From: Candidatus Sungbacteria bacterium RIFCSPLOWO2_02_FULL_51_17
GTDB lineage: Bacteria; Patescibacteriota; Minisyncoccia; Sungbacterales; GWA2-42-14
Length of the DNA stretch: 64,000 nucleotides
Direction of reading: 5' to 3'
Assembly: GCA_001820785.1 (NCBI GenBank)
Contig: MHQW01000047.1
Location: 5,928 to 69,927 of the forward strand
Under the pieces are notes generated by a model. The model was given only the letters and a program-made list of their open reading frames with translations. It did no database searches and was not told the DNA's origin. Shown one piece after another: positions 53,220 through 63,116 of this stretch. The translations under genes were made by a program, and so were the position numbers. The number at the start of each line of letters is the position of its first letter. Position 1 is the stretch's first letter.

Positions 53220-53583
53220 AGCAATTATATCTGCTAAAATCCGCCTCCGAAAACCCAGTTGAGCACCATTTTCTTTCGTGTTACGCCGATACTGTCACTC
53301 TTTTTGAGTTTCCTTTAACCATTGGAGCGCCTCCTTTGCGCGCTCAATAGTATACTGCATTGCCTGATCCGCAGGTACGCTTCTCCCTTCTAATTTTATT
53401 GTCGCTCTTGTTTTGTTAATCATTTTTTCATCTGCCAAGATTGATTATATGGCATCAGCTGGTTGCCTGTCTCGTGCTGAAAGAGTTTTTCAAGAAGGAT
53501 TACCGAGGCATAGCGGAAATACTCCATGACTCTTCTGATCTAGTAATTGTACTTGGGTACTTGGTGTCAGGTACCTTTTTTAT
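52935..53583. mobile_element. AT-rich segment bounded by a 15-16-bp perfect inverted repeat (AAGGTACCTGACACC / GGTGTCAGGTACCTT); possible relic of an inserted element
   Basis: The left arm is at 52938-52952 and the right arm at 53563-53577, abutting the sucD-like stop codon. The interior is lower in GC than the flanks and contains only short ORFs. Confidence 0.3.
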
Positions 53584-54498
53584 TTACTTCTTTCTTCTGC
53601 CCAGTATTTTTCTTGCGATCACAGCAATGTCTTCGGGGGTTTCGGCGATGTGGGCGCCGGCTTGTTTCAACGCATGCGCCTTGTAGCGGGCCGTTGTCCG
53701 GCCCTTCCCGACAATGGCGCCGGCATGTCCCAGCATCGTCTCGTGCGGAAGTTTTTCGGCAAAATATCCGCCGATCAGAGCAACAACCGGCTTTGTGATG
53801 AAGCCCTGCCGCATGGCATCGGCAAGCAAAACCTCGTACTCGCCCCCAACTTCGCCGAACACCACAAGAAGACGGGTATCGGGGTCGCGCTCAAAAAGAA
53901 GTGCCAAGTCGCGCATATCAGATCCTATCAAAAGATCGCCGCCGATGCCCACCACAGCACTTTGTCCGATGCCTGCTTTCGTAAGGATATGCGAAATTTC
54001 TGACGCCATGCCACCGCTTTTTGAGATGACGCCCGCAGGACCACGGGAAAATGTCTTAGCGCCGCTCTCGGAACTTCCAATGCTTCCAATTTTTCCGCGG
54101 CCGGGCGATATGATGCCGACCGAACTTGGGCCGATGATGCGTGCGCCACAAAGACGCGCAACGGAAAGAAGGCGCGCCGTATCAAACACGGGAACGCCCT
54201 CGCTCAATATCACGATGAGAGGAATGTCGGCGCATATCGCCTCAAGAGCGGCATCACACACAAAGGGTGCCGGCACCGTAATAAGCGAAGTGTTGATCGC
54301 GGGATGCCTCCGGACGGCTTCCGCAACAAAGTCATAGACGCGCGTGCCGGAGGATGTTTTCATGCCGCCCTTTCCGGGAGTTACTCCAGCAAGCACCGGC
54401 GTGCCGTAGCGCATCATCTCGCGCTCGGCACGCGCCCCCTCTTTGCCGGTGATGCCCTGTATCACGACTCTCGTTTTTTTATCTATAAGAATACTCAT
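53584..54498 (-). CDS. succinyl-CoA synthetase alpha-subunit-like protein (CoA-binding plus CoA-ligase domains)
   Basis: 304 aa. VVIQGITGKEGA...GVTPGKGG...IGPSSVGII...MLGHAGAIV (phosphohistidine loop). Confidence 0.85.
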   Translation of the reverse strand: MSILIDKKTRVVIQGITGKEGARAEREMMRYGTPVLAGVTPGKGGMKTSSGTRVYDFVAEAVRRHPAINTSLITVPAPFVCDAALEAICADIPLIVILSEGVPVFDTARLLSVARLCGARIIGPSSVGIISPGRGKIGSIGSSESGAKTFSRGPAGVISKSGGMASEISHILTKAGIGQSAVVGIGGDLLIGSDMRDLALLFERDPDTRLLVVFGEVGGEYEVLLADAMRQGFITKPVVALIGGYFAEKLPHETMLGHAGAIVGKGRTTARYKAHALKQAGAHIAETPEDIAVIARKILGRRKK

Positions 54499-55559
54499 TG
54501 TGTGTATGCGCGCGCTACTATTATTTTTGCACTTTCAGACATGGGGGTCTCGGAGCCGAACATGGCGAGATCGTATCCATATTTTTTTGCGGCACTGCGC
54601 AAAAACGCAAATGCCTCCTCTTGGCGCGGTCCGTCGCGGCGAATAACTATGGGGTAGGTGGGACGCGGCGAGGTGCGCCGAAGGCCCTCAACAAATCCGC
54701 GCATCGTTTCAAAAATATCGGTGAAGTTCGCGCGCCCACCCACCACCCAGCACCCCTTGAGCCCCGGGCGCGACAGTACGCGTTTCGTAAGATCGCGTAC
54801 AACGTCTGCCGAAGGATTTCCCGAATACTCCGAGTAGACGGCAGGCCTGCCTCCGCATTTCATAAGTACATCCAAATTTACGAGCGAGGCCCCGCCGCCG
54901 GATGCAAGAACTGCGATATCACCACCAAGTGGCAGTATGCGGCGCGCTTCGGGGGCTCCATGCGCAGGATCAATGATGACCTTGGCATCCCCCGCCACGC
55001 ATCGCCCGTCGGGAAAATAGAAAAGCGGATTTATCTCGACAACAAGCGCGTGTTCTCGTGAAAAAAGTTCCCACAATGAATGCATGACGGAAGAGACGTG
55101 CCCGCCAGATGGTATTTCTAAGGCGGCAACAGCGGCGCGAACGGTAAAATCGGGCAGACCGAACAACGGGTCAATGGGAAATACCACAGCCGGTAGTATC
55201 CGCGACCCGCCCCTTCGCGATACCACAAGCACCGGTGAGCGCGTTCTCGTATCATAACTGATGCTGATATAGAGTTCTCGGGCACAGCGAACCTCTTCTT
55301 CGGCAAGAAGGTGGCGAGGGCGCTCCCCTCCGATGGCGTTGACAAATAAACGCGCGCTCGCCTTCCGAAATTCGCTTGCGCGCACCACGCGCACAATGCC
55401 GCCGTGTTTTTTTCGCGCACCTGATAACACCTGTGATTTTAGAAAAAAAGGCGCCCGAAGCGACACTCGCTTTTTTCCAGGAGAAATACGCTCGCTTTTC
55501 GGGACGGCGATGCCGTATGTCTTGAAAAGTTTTTTTCCTTGGTATTCGTAGAGTTTCAT
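54495..55559 (-). CDS. succinyl-CoA synthetase beta-subunit-like protein (ATP-grasp plus ligase-CoA domains)
   Basis: 354 aa. MKLYEYQGKKLFKTYGIAVP...LVVEINPL... It overlaps the alpha-like gene by 4 nt. It is somewhat shorter than a typical SucC. Confidence 0.8.
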   Translation of the reverse strand: MKLYEYQGKKLFKTYGIAVPKSERISPGKKRVSLRAPFFLKSQVLSGARKKHGGIVRVVRASEFRKASARLFVNAIGGERPRHLLAEEEVRCARELYISISYDTRTRSPVLVVSRRGGSRILPAVVFPIDPLFGLPDFTVRAAVAALEIPSGGHVSSVMHSLWELFSREHALVVEINPLFYFPDGRCVAGDAKVIIDPAHGAPEARRILPLGGDIAVLASGGGASLVNLDVLMKCGGRPAVYSEYSGNPSADVVRDLTKRVLSRPGLKGCWVVGGRANFTDIFETMRGFVEGLRRTSPRPTYPIVIRRDGPRQEEAFAFLRSAAKKYGYDLAMFGSETPMSESAKIIVARAYTQ

Positions 55560-55563
55560 ATCA

Positions 55564-56937
55564 CTATGTTGTGCGCCACCCGACCGCCTTTTTTATCACC
55601 GACAAAAAGAGTGCTATATCTGATCGGTGAAGCGCAAAATCGCGGAGGGTAAGCGTAAGATCGGGGTACATCCGTATAAGCATCCAATACATGAGAACGG
55701 TCATAGCAATATTCGTCGCGACATGCTCAATGCCAAGCGCGTAGAGCCCGAAAAACGGCGTAAGGGAGAACAGGAGTACGACGGCCGATATGACTTTTGC
55801 CAGCATGCGGAAAAAGATCGCGCGCTGTTGGCGAAACACATGCAGGTACGTATTGCAAAAATACTGCACGCCGAGCACGAGCATTGAAAGAAGCATCACG
55901 TAAAACACCGGAAGCGACGGCGTGTATTTCGGCAAAAAAAGATGCACCAGCAAAGAGCCGCCGACCGCACCTCCCGCGACCATGACAAGGTAGATGTACG
56001 TTGAGTATTTCACACCGAGAGCGAAATATTCTTTCTGCACGTTCCCGGACGACAGTTTATACGGAAGGAAATTTGCGAGCACTTTTTGCACCGGAAACAG
56101 GAGCGCCAAGTACAGATACATACTGCTTGCGACGTTAAATAGTGCGACCGCCTCGGTGGAAATGAGGAATTTTATGATGTAATTCCTTCCGTTCGTCAGC
56201 GCCTCGCTCAAAATATTCGTGAAAATTGACCACTTGCCATACGCGCGTATGATCGCAAGAATCGCGTGCGGCCAGCCAAGGGCATATTCCCTCCAGAGCG
56301 TCAGAAGATCGCTTCGTAATACGAATATGCTGATAGATATGTTCACGCCCTGCGATATGACATTGGCAAGTATCACGTACCAAATGATGGGCTCGCGTAC
56401 CGTGAGAATGGTAATGAGCGTTACCACGTTGATCGCGTCAAACAGCGGATTGATGCGCGACACCGTGGAAAGAGCGCCAAGCGCGCCGTAAAGGATCATA
56501 AGCTGATCATTTAAGAACCGGAAGAAGATAAAAAGCGAAGAAACCTGCAGGACGCGGATGAGCCCGTCGTAGTACTGTCCGCTTAAAAAGTAGGTGACAA
56601 AAATAAAAAAAGCGGCCCATACAGTGAACGCCAAAAAAAATTTCGCGGTGAAGAACTCAAAATACAGCTGGCCCGCGTGGGCGCGATCCTTGGCTTTAAC
56701 GGCAAGAGCGATGTCGTTCTTTATGACATCGTTGAAACCGGAGAACAGAAACACCTGAAAAAGCCCTATCAGGGAAAGAACAAGGCGGAACACCCCATAT
56801 TCATATATGGTCAGGTGATAGATAATATAAAGCGAACCCACCATTGAGATGCCCGCGGAAACAAGGCCACTTGCGGTATACAGGAGCCCGGTGCGGACTA
56901 TCTCTTCTTTTTTGAAGTCGTCTCGTATGAGGGTCAT
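55564..56937 (-). CDS. polysaccharide flippase (Wzx/MOP superfamily)
   Basis: 457 aa, ~12-14 TM helices, with the typical position next to sugar-modifying genes. Confidence 0.75.
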   Translation of the reverse strand: MTLIRDDFKKEEIVRTGLLYTASGLVSAGISMVGSLYIIYHLTIYEYGVFRLVLSLIGLFQVFLFSGFNDVIKNDIALAVKAKDRAHAGQLYFEFFTAKFFLAFTVWAAFFIFVTYFLSGQYYDGLIRVLQVSSLFIFFRFLNDQLMILYGALGALSTVSRINPLFDAINVVTLITILTVREPIIWYVILANVISQGVNISISIFVLRSDLLTLWREYALGWPHAILAIIRAYGKWSIFTNILSEALTNGRNYIIKFLISTEAVALFNVASSMYLYLALLFPVQKVLANFLPYKLSSGNVQKEYFALGVKYSTYIYLVMVAGGAVGGSLLVHLFLPKYTPSLPVFYVMLLSMLVLGVQYFCNTYLHVFRQQRAIFFRMLAKVISAVVLLFSLTPFFGLYALGIEHVATNIAMTVLMYWMLIRMYPDLTLTLRDFALHRSDIALFLSVIKKAVGWRTT

Positions 56938-58163
56938 GAGGACGCCTGCGCTTTTCCGAAGAATTCCTTACATGCCCGTATGATATACCGAATTTCGTCC
57001 GGCGTCATTTTTTGATGACTCCCGATGTAAAACCCGTTCTCGTTCACCCATTTCGCTACGGGATAGCGATGCTCAATGTCGTCCCCAAAAAGTTTTTTGT
57101 AAACGGGTTGATTGGTAAGGGGTAGCATGTCGCGCGTTTCAATATTATGCTCCTCAAGAAACATAACAAGGTCGGATTTTTTGATGCCGCTCTTTTTTCT
57201 AATGACGATGGGAAACATCATGAAGGCGTGTCCAACCAACGCCGGGTGCCACGGCAACTGGATATATTTTTTAAATGGCGTAAGCCCGCGTATAAGACGC
57301 GCGGCGTTCGCCTGTCTTCGCGAGAGAATGGTCTTGTAGCGCTCAAGCTGGGCAACGCCCAACGCCGCCTCCATTTCGGTTGAGCGGAAACTGTATCCGA
57401 GGCGCTCAAACCGGAACCGGCGCGAGACGACCGAAAAAAGCCCCTGCTGATCAAGATTTTTATCATCATCAATGGAGGTATAAATGCCGTCGCGCCCGTG
57501 ATTCGCTAAACTTTTGAGCACGCGCGCGTATGCGGGATGATTAGTGCAGGTAATCCCGCCGACGCCCGTTACCACCAAGTGCGCCGCGTATGTTGAAAAA
57601 CAGCTAATATCGCCGATGGAGCCGACCGGACGGCCTTTATACTTTACGAACATCGTCTCGCACGAATCCTCTATGACTTTGAGATCATGTTTTTTTGCTA
57701 TCTTCATGATGGGATCCATGTCGGCGGGCTGGCCGAAAAGATGCACCGCCATGATGGCGCGTGTTTTTTTCGTGATGGCGCGCTCTATGTGCGCCGGATC
57801 AATATTGTAGGTCTTCGGCGACACATCAACAAACACGGGCGTAAGTCCGTTCATAATAACGACGTTTGACGTTGCGATGAACGTTACCGCGGGGCAGATG
57901 ACCTCATCTCCCTCATTCCAATTCCCCAGCTCCTTCAAAGCCGCGACCGCCAGACGCAAAGCGCTCGTGCCGGAATTCACCTTCATAGCAAACCGGCACC
58001 CGTGAAGCACCGCGAACATCTCCTCAAATTTGCGGTGGAACGGGCCATAGGAAAGACGGCCGGAATCAAGCACGGCCATAACATAGTTCTTTTCTTTGTC
58101 GGTGATGTCCACGCACCCGACGCCGATTTGATGAGAATACTTTGGCAGAGACATTGGATACAC
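56934..58163 (-). CDS. DegT/DnrJ/EryC1/StrS-family PLP-dependent sugar aminotransferase
   Basis: 409 aa. NSGTSALRLAV...and further family motifs. The ORF starts with GTG at 58163; the first ATG is at 58154. Confidence 0.9.
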   Translation of the reverse strand: MYPMSLPKYSHQIGVGCVDITDKEKNYVMAVLDSGRLSYGPFHRKFEEMFAVLHGCRFAMKVNSGTSALRLAVAALKELGNWNEGDEVICPAVTFIATSNVVIMNGLTPVFVDVSPKTYNIDPAHIERAITKKTRAIMAVHLFGQPADMDPIMKIAKKHDLKVIEDSCETMFVKYKGRPVGSIGDISCFSTYAAHLVVTGVGGITCTNHPAYARVLKSLANHGRDGIYTSIDDDKNLDQQGLFSVVSRRFRFERLGYSFRSTEMEAALGVAQLERYKTILSRRQANAARLIRGLTPFKKYIQLPWHPALVGHAFMMFPIVIRKKSGIKKSDLVMFLEEHNIETRDMLPLTNQPVYKKLFGDDIEHRYPVAKWVNENGFYIGSHQKMTPDEIRYIIRACKEFFGKAQASS

Positions 58164-58169
58164 TACTGT

Positions 58170-58192
58170 CTAATTAGAAATTAGATATTAGG
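58170..58192. repeat. TCTAAWT-heptamer AT-rich block upstream of the aminotransferase gene
   Basis: The reverse complement, CCTAATATCTAATTTCTAATTAG, closely matches CTAATATCTAAATTCTAAATAAG at 19789-19811. Confidence 0.75.
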
Positions 58193-58295
58193 AATCTGGA
58201 ATTTACACATCTTACGCTTCCTTCCGTGCGATCAGATCGGTACACGATCGTATCTTTTGATCTTCCGGCATACGTAATACTTACTACTTAATACT

Positions 58296-59300
58296 TTATA
58301 CTTCATGCGGAAATCGCACTCCAATTTTCTCACAATCCGCTTTCAACATGATCTTCGTAAGTTCCTTGAACCCGACCTTCGGCTTCCAGTTGAGCTGTGT
58401 GTGCGCTTTTGCCGGGTTTCCTATCAATACATCTACTTCCGCCGGACGGTAATAGCGAGGGTCAATGCCGATGTGTTTTTTCCAGTCAGAAATGCCTGCA
58501 AGCCGGAACGCCTCCTCGACAAACTCACCGACACTGTGGTGCTCGCCCGTTGCAATAACATAATCGTCGGGATGCGCGTGCTGAAGCATGCGCCACATCG
58601 CCTCCACGTACTCGGGGGCATACCCCCAATCACGTTTTGCGGTAAGATTGCCAAGATAAATCTTGTCGCGTTTTCCGGCAAGAATTTCCGCGACTCCCAT
58701 CGTGATCTTTCGCGTCACAAAATTTTCGCCCCGCCGCGGGGACTCGTGGTTGAACAAAATGCCATTACAAGCAAACAGGCCATAGGCCTCGCGATAATTC
58801 ACTGTATTCCAAAACGCGAACACCTTTGCTGTGCCATACGGGCTTCGCGGATAAAACGGCGTTCGTTCCGTCTGGGGCGTCTCCTGCACCTTGCCGAACA
58901 TTTCTGAGGACGACGCCTGATAGAATTTCGTTTTAAGACGTGTCTCGCGTATCGCCTCCAAAAGCCGCAATGTTCCAAGCCCCACCGTATTTGCGGTGTA
59001 CTCAGGCATATCAAAACTTATCCGGACATGGCTTTGTGCGCCAAGGTTATAGATCTCGTCGGGCGCTATTTTTTCAAGAAGGCGCGAAAGGTTTGACGCG
59101 TCGGTAAGATCGCCGTAGTGAAGAATAAGGTGCTCGGTGTTTTGCGCGTCCTGGTAGATATGTTCAATGCGTTCGCGATTGAAACTGGAAGACCGGCGCA
59201 CGAGCCCGTGCACCTCGTACCCCTTATTCAAAAGAAGCTCCGCGAGATAGGAGCCGTCTTGTCCGGTGATACCAGTGATGAACGCTTTTTTCTTATTCAT
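58296..59300 (-). CDS. gmd: GDP-mannose 4,6-dehydratase
   Basis: 334 aa. [38 protein letters not shown]...SPYGTAK...NHESPRRG. Confidence 0.95.
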   Translation of the reverse strand: MNKKKAFITGITGQDGSYLAELLLNKGYEVHGLVRRSSSFNRERIEHIYQDAQNTEHLILHYGDLTDASNLSRLLEKIAPDEIYNLGAQSHVRISFDMPEYTANTVGLGTLRLLEAIRETRLKTKFYQASSSEMFGKVQETPQTERTPFYPRSPYGTAKVFAFWNTVNYREAYGLFACNGILFNHESPRRGENFVTRKITMGVAEILAGKRDKIYLGNLTAKRDWGYAPEYVEAMWRMLQHAHPDDYVIATGEHHSVGEFVEEAFRLAGISDWKKHIGIDPRYYRPAEVDVLIGNPAKAHTQLNWKPKVGFKELTKIMLKADCEKIGVRFPHEV

Positions 59301-60220
59301 ACGAGATGCAAAGATAAGATGTATTCTTTAAGCGAACGTTTCCAGTGCGGAAGCTTTGGCAATTTTGTGTTTATAAGAAAGGGCGATGCGGGGCGCTCAA
59401 CCTTAAAAATATCCTTTCTGAAAGCCCTTCGCAAGCGGGCACGCGCCGCCCGCGTCCGCAGGGCGCCGCTGCCGAAACAAAGAATTCTCTTTATTTCAAG
59501 AGCTATTTCGTATTTTGAAACGGCCCGTTCCGCGTCGTTTACAACGTGATAAGTGCCCGAATTGTTACGACCAAAACAAAGCGGCAGAACGCTCCTCACG
59601 AGGTCCCGCGTCCACGTGGGGACGCTTTTTTGGTCGGAAACAAGCGTCAGCGTCTCACTGCGAGCAAGCGCCTTCGCGACCGTATCTATAAAATAGGTTT
59701 CGCGGAACCGCGAGTAGATCCACGAGGTGCGAACGATATAATACCGAAGCCCGGCGGAGCGCGCCTCGTGTTCAACATTGTTTTCTCCACCGTATTTTGA
59801 ACCGCCATAGGCATTCACCGGATGGGGCGTGTCGGTCTCGCGATACGCCTTTTTATCGTTCCCGAACACATCCGAGGTGCTGATGTGAACGAACACCGCA
59901 CGGCGCAATTTCGCATCCCCCAGCGCGCGGACGATGTTTCCCGGGCCGAGGGCGTTCACTTGCCACGCCTTCAGAACGTGGTCTTCGCAAGCATCCACAT
60001 TGATGAATGCCGCGCAATTGATGACGATATCGGGCCTCACTTTTTTCATGCATCCGGCAAGCGCCGATTCATCGGTAATGTCGGCGGTGCGATGCGATGC
60101 CGGAAATACCCGATACCGTGCGTTCTTTCGTAAGGCATAACAAAATTCTTTGCCGAGCATTCCTTCGGCTCCGAACACAAGAACATTTTTTTGAACACGC
60201 TTTTTTTTTTCGTGCTTCAT
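59297..60220 (-). CDS. RmlD-like sugar-nucleotide 4-ketoreductase (SDR); candidate GDP-4-keto-6-deoxyhexose reductase
   Basis: 307 aa. [14 protein letters not shown]...[17 protein letters not shown]...[11 protein letters not shown]. It overlaps gmd by 4 nt. Confidence 0.8.
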   Translation of the reverse strand: MKHEKKKRVQKNVLVFGAEGMLGKEFCYALRKNARYRVFPASHRTADITDESALAGCMKKVRPDIVINCAAFINVDACEDHVLKAWQVNALGPGNIVRALGDAKLRRAVFVHISTSDVFGNDKKAYRETDTPHPVNAYGGSKYGGENNVEHEARSAGLRYYIVRTSWIYSRFRETYFIDTVAKALARSETLTLVSDQKSVPTWTRDLVRSVLPLCFGRNNSGTYHVVNDAERAVSKYEIALEIKRILCFGSGALRTRAARARLRRAFRKDIFKVERPASPFLINTKLPKLPHWKRSLKEYILSLHLV

Positions 60221-61404
60221 AGGTTACGCGAAAGTACGGTGCGGTATACGCCGATAGTAACTGCTGCGGCCTTCGTCCAGCTGTATTCCTTCGCCTTTGC
60301 AAGGCCGCGCGCAATAAGGCGTTCGCGAAGATCGCGGTCGCCTATGAGTTGCGCCATGCCGCGGGCGATGTCGGCTGATGAGAACGGGTCCACGAGAACC
60401 GCGGCGTCCCCCACTATCTCGGGAAATACCGAGCGGTTTGAGGTAACGATCGCAACACCGGACTGTAACGCGTCAACGATCGGAATGCTGAACCCGTCCG
60501 ACGTTCCTGCTTGCACGAACATGTCCGCAAGATTATACACGGCAGACATGTCCTCGCTTTCAATGTAAGGCGCAATGTAACACGCATCTTTTTGCGGCAG
60601 GGCGCTTATCGCGCGCTCAACCATGGCGTCATAGGCGGGCGCGTGGGATTTGCCGCCAAGAATAACAAGCTGATGCGGAATGCTATTTTTTTCCTGCAAC
60701 ATACCAAACGCCTCAACAACGCGATGCACATTCTTATGCGGCACGAGACGGGCCACCTGCAAAATGTAGGGAAACCGGATGCCGTATTTTTCCCGCAGTT
60801 TCTTTTTGGCGGGTTCAATTTCTTCGGGGCGGAGCGGCCGCAGATCAAGAGCGCCCGCAAGGCGTATGCCGAACGCCTGCTCCCGCCTTAACCCGAAGTA
60901 GCGTGCCATGTTTTCGGCAGGAAAATCGCCATCGGCGATCGCGGCGTCAATATGATATTTGCCCCAGAACTTTATAAACCATTCAAATATATAATTTGTC
61001 GGCGTGCGAAAACGCGGAGACCCTTTTTCTGGCGCGTCGTGAAATGTTACGACGAATTTTTTCGCGCGCAACCGCCAGAAGAAAGGAAAAAGTTTTGGGC
61101 GCGGAAAATGTATGATATCAAACTCCTCTTTGCAGGTGAAAAAGAAGCGAAGGAACGAGGTGATGCCGGTCCACTTCGGAAGTTTGAACGTTTTGATGGG
61201 AATGCGCCGGGCACGGGAACACACCGGCACTACGCACTTTCCTTCGCGATGGATAAGCACCAGGTCAATATCATCCTTGAAATTCGTTGCGTACTCTTCA
61301 ATAAGGCGCTGCATATAAAAAGCGGTCCCCATCGCCTTGCGGTCAATATCGTCCGTGATAAAACCTACTTTTATTTTCTTCCTGTCTCCGATCTCCATGC
61401 TCAT
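60217..61404 (-). CDS. glycosyltransferase family 4
   Basis: C-terminal GT1 signature FVQAGTSDGFSIPIVDALQSGVAIVTSN. I chose the start at 61404 or 61398, downstream of the preceding stop. Confidence 0.85.
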   Translation of the reverse strand: MSMEIGDRKKIKVGFITDDIDRKAMGTAFYMQRLIEEYATNFKDDIDLVLIHREGKCVVPVCSRARRIPIKTFKLPKWTGITSFLRFFFTCKEEFDIIHFPRPKLFPFFWRLRAKKFVVTFHDAPEKGSPRFRTPTNYIFEWFIKFWGKYHIDAAIADGDFPAENMARYFGLRREQAFGIRLAGALDLRPLRPEEIEPAKKKLREKYGIRFPYILQVARLVPHKNVHRVVEAFGMLQEKNSIPHQLVILGGKSHAPAYDAMVERAISALPQKDACYIAPYIESEDMSAVYNLADMFVQAGTSDGFSIPIVDALQSGVAIVTSNRSVFPEIVGDAAVLVDPFSSADIARGMAQLIGDRDLRERLIARGLAKAKEYSWTKAAAVTIGVYRTVLSRNL

Positions 61405-61435
61405 ACTAGTTCTCCCGTTAATCTCGCAACATACA

Positions 61436-62551
61436 TTAGTTCTCTCTCCCATCAATAATACTCTCAAGAACCGTCATATGTTTCTCCATAGAAAATTCCT
61501 TACTGCGAACTTTCGCGGCATCTCCATATCGCCGCCGCAAATCGGCGTCAAAAAGCAGGAGAAACATTTTTTCACGAAGTCCCGACACGTCTTTCGGTTC
61601 AATCACAAACCCGCTCTTTCCATCCTCAACCAGTTCCCATGCGCCCGACACCCGCGTCGTCACCACGGGTTTTCCTGCGGCCATTGCTTCCACCAAGACG
61701 ACCGGCAACCCTTCCCACAACGACGGCAGGACAAACACATCGGCAAGCGCCATGATGTCGGCCGTGGGCCACACGCCGGGCATGAGTACCGCGTCGGCAA
61801 GTCCGCGTTCGGCTGTTTCACGCATAAGAGCATCGCGAAGCCGCCCCTCGCCGAATATGACAATGCGAAATTTCACCTCGGGGTGAAGGGCCTGCATTTC
61901 TTCCGCCGCCCGCAAAAGATAGGTGTGTCCTTTTTGGGTGATAAGCCGCCCCGCAGTAACAGCGATTGGCACGCCATCGGGGATCCCAAGCTTTTTTTTA
62001 AGATCAGCCACAGCATGCGTAGGCGCGATAATATCTCCGAACGGAATGGCGTTGTAATTTACGATAAATTTTTCCTGCGGGATATGCTCTTGCGCCGCGG
62101 TGAAAGCCAGCACATCGCGGGAAACGGCGATGATGCGTGTCGTGCCATACGAAAGAAGTTTATCAACAAGCACCTGCCACCACGCTTTGTCGGCATACAT
62201 ATTCTGCTCGTGCGCGATAATAATGGGAACGCGGGCCACAAGCGCTGCCCCGCGTACAAGCGTATTCGTAAAAAAAAGGGCCGTGACCACTGCGTCAAAC
62301 CGCTCTCGTTTTAAGAACACGTATATGCGCCACACGGAAACAATGTCCCACAAGTGCCGCACATGGAACCGCACGAAGCGTTCTCCAAGAAATTCCGTCT
62401 CGCGCGAAAAATTCTTCTCCGGATCCGGCATAAGCACCGTCATCCACACCTCAAAACGCGCTGGATCAAGAAACCGCGCCTGATTCAGCGCAACACGTTC
62501 GGCCCCGCCGACCGAAAGATTGTTCACCGCGATCAGTATCTTTTTTTTCAT
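61436..62551 (-). CDS. glycosyltransferase family 4
   Basis: MKKKILIAVNNLSVGGAERV...FVLPSLWEGLPVVLVEAMAAGKPVVTTRVSG. Its start overlaps the upstream stop (ATGA). Confidence 0.85.
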   Translation of the reverse strand: MKKKILIAVNNLSVGGAERVALNQARFLDPARFEVWMTVLMPDPEKNFSRETEFLGERFVRFHVRHLWDIVSVWRIYVFLKRERFDAVVTALFFTNTLVRGAALVARVPIIIAHEQNMYADKAWWQVLVDKLLSYGTTRIIAVSRDVLAFTAAQEHIPQEKFIVNYNAIPFGDIIAPTHAVADLKKKLGIPDGVPIAVTAGRLITQKGHTYLLRAAEEMQALHPEVKFRIVIFGEGRLRDALMRETAERGLADAVLMPGVWPTADIMALADVFVLPSLWEGLPVVLVEAMAAGKPVVTTRVSGAWELVEDGKSGFVIEPKDVSGLREKMFLLLFDADLRRRYGDAAKVRSKEFSMEKHMTVLESIIDGREN

Positions 62552-63108
62552 GATGTCGGCGTTTTCGGATACGCACACACAAACGCCCGTTCGCGTGAAA
62601 AAAACCACGAGAGAATCTTTGCGAAAAATCCTTCGCGCCTGACCGTCAACACTTCTACCGAACCGAACGCCTGTACGGCCGCCTGCATATATTCGGGTGC
62701 TAGTGCCCCGCCGGGCACGACCCCAATGAGCACGCCTCCCGGAACGAGATGGTGTGCCGCCTTATAAAAAAGAGTTGCATAATCAATCCGGCCATACGCC
62801 TCATCTACTACGATCCTGTCAAATTTACGGCCATGAAGATCGGCCCAATCCCCCGCAAGGTCCATGAACACGGGTTCCAGCGAAAGCGCTTCTACAACAG
62901 CGACAAGCCGATTGGCATCGGTGTCAATGCACACCACGCGATTCCCGCGGCTTATATGTTGTATGAGCGCCCCGTTCCGGCACCCGATAATAAGTATTGC
63001 CGTATGAGGATTCATGCGCGCGCGAAAAAAATCTGCGCGCACGCGAATGCCGCGACTCATCGGCTCGCCCGCAACTCCTTTGGTATTGTTTTGCATGATG
63101 TCGGTCAT
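62548..63108 (-). CDS. small class I SAM-dependent methyltransferase-like protein
   Basis: 186 aa. ILIIGCRNGALI (motif I-like), VVCIDTD, FDRIVVDEAY, LVPGGVLIGVVP. Confidence 0.65.
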   Translation of the reverse strand: MTDIMQNNTKGVAGEPMSRGIRVRADFFRARMNPHTAILIIGCRNGALIQHISRGNRVVCIDTDANRLVAVVEALSLEPVFMDLAGDWADLHGRKFDRIVVDEAYGRIDYATLFYKAAHHLVPGGVLIGVVPGGALAPEYMQAAVQAFGSVEVLTVRREGFFAKILSWFFSRERAFVCAYPKTPTS

Positions 63109-63116
63109 GATATGTT

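Noticed and set aside
53441-53562. Transposase N-terminal fragment: the plus-strand frame ...LVLKEFFKKDYRGIAEILHDSSDLVIVLGYL... is reminiscent of the N-termini of some IS4/IS5-type transposases.
   Set aside because: The similarity is from memory, short (~35 aa) and weak. The fragment would run towards, not away from, the adjacent inverted-repeat arm. There is no DDE domain. I kept it only as a possibility under the AT-rich island finding.
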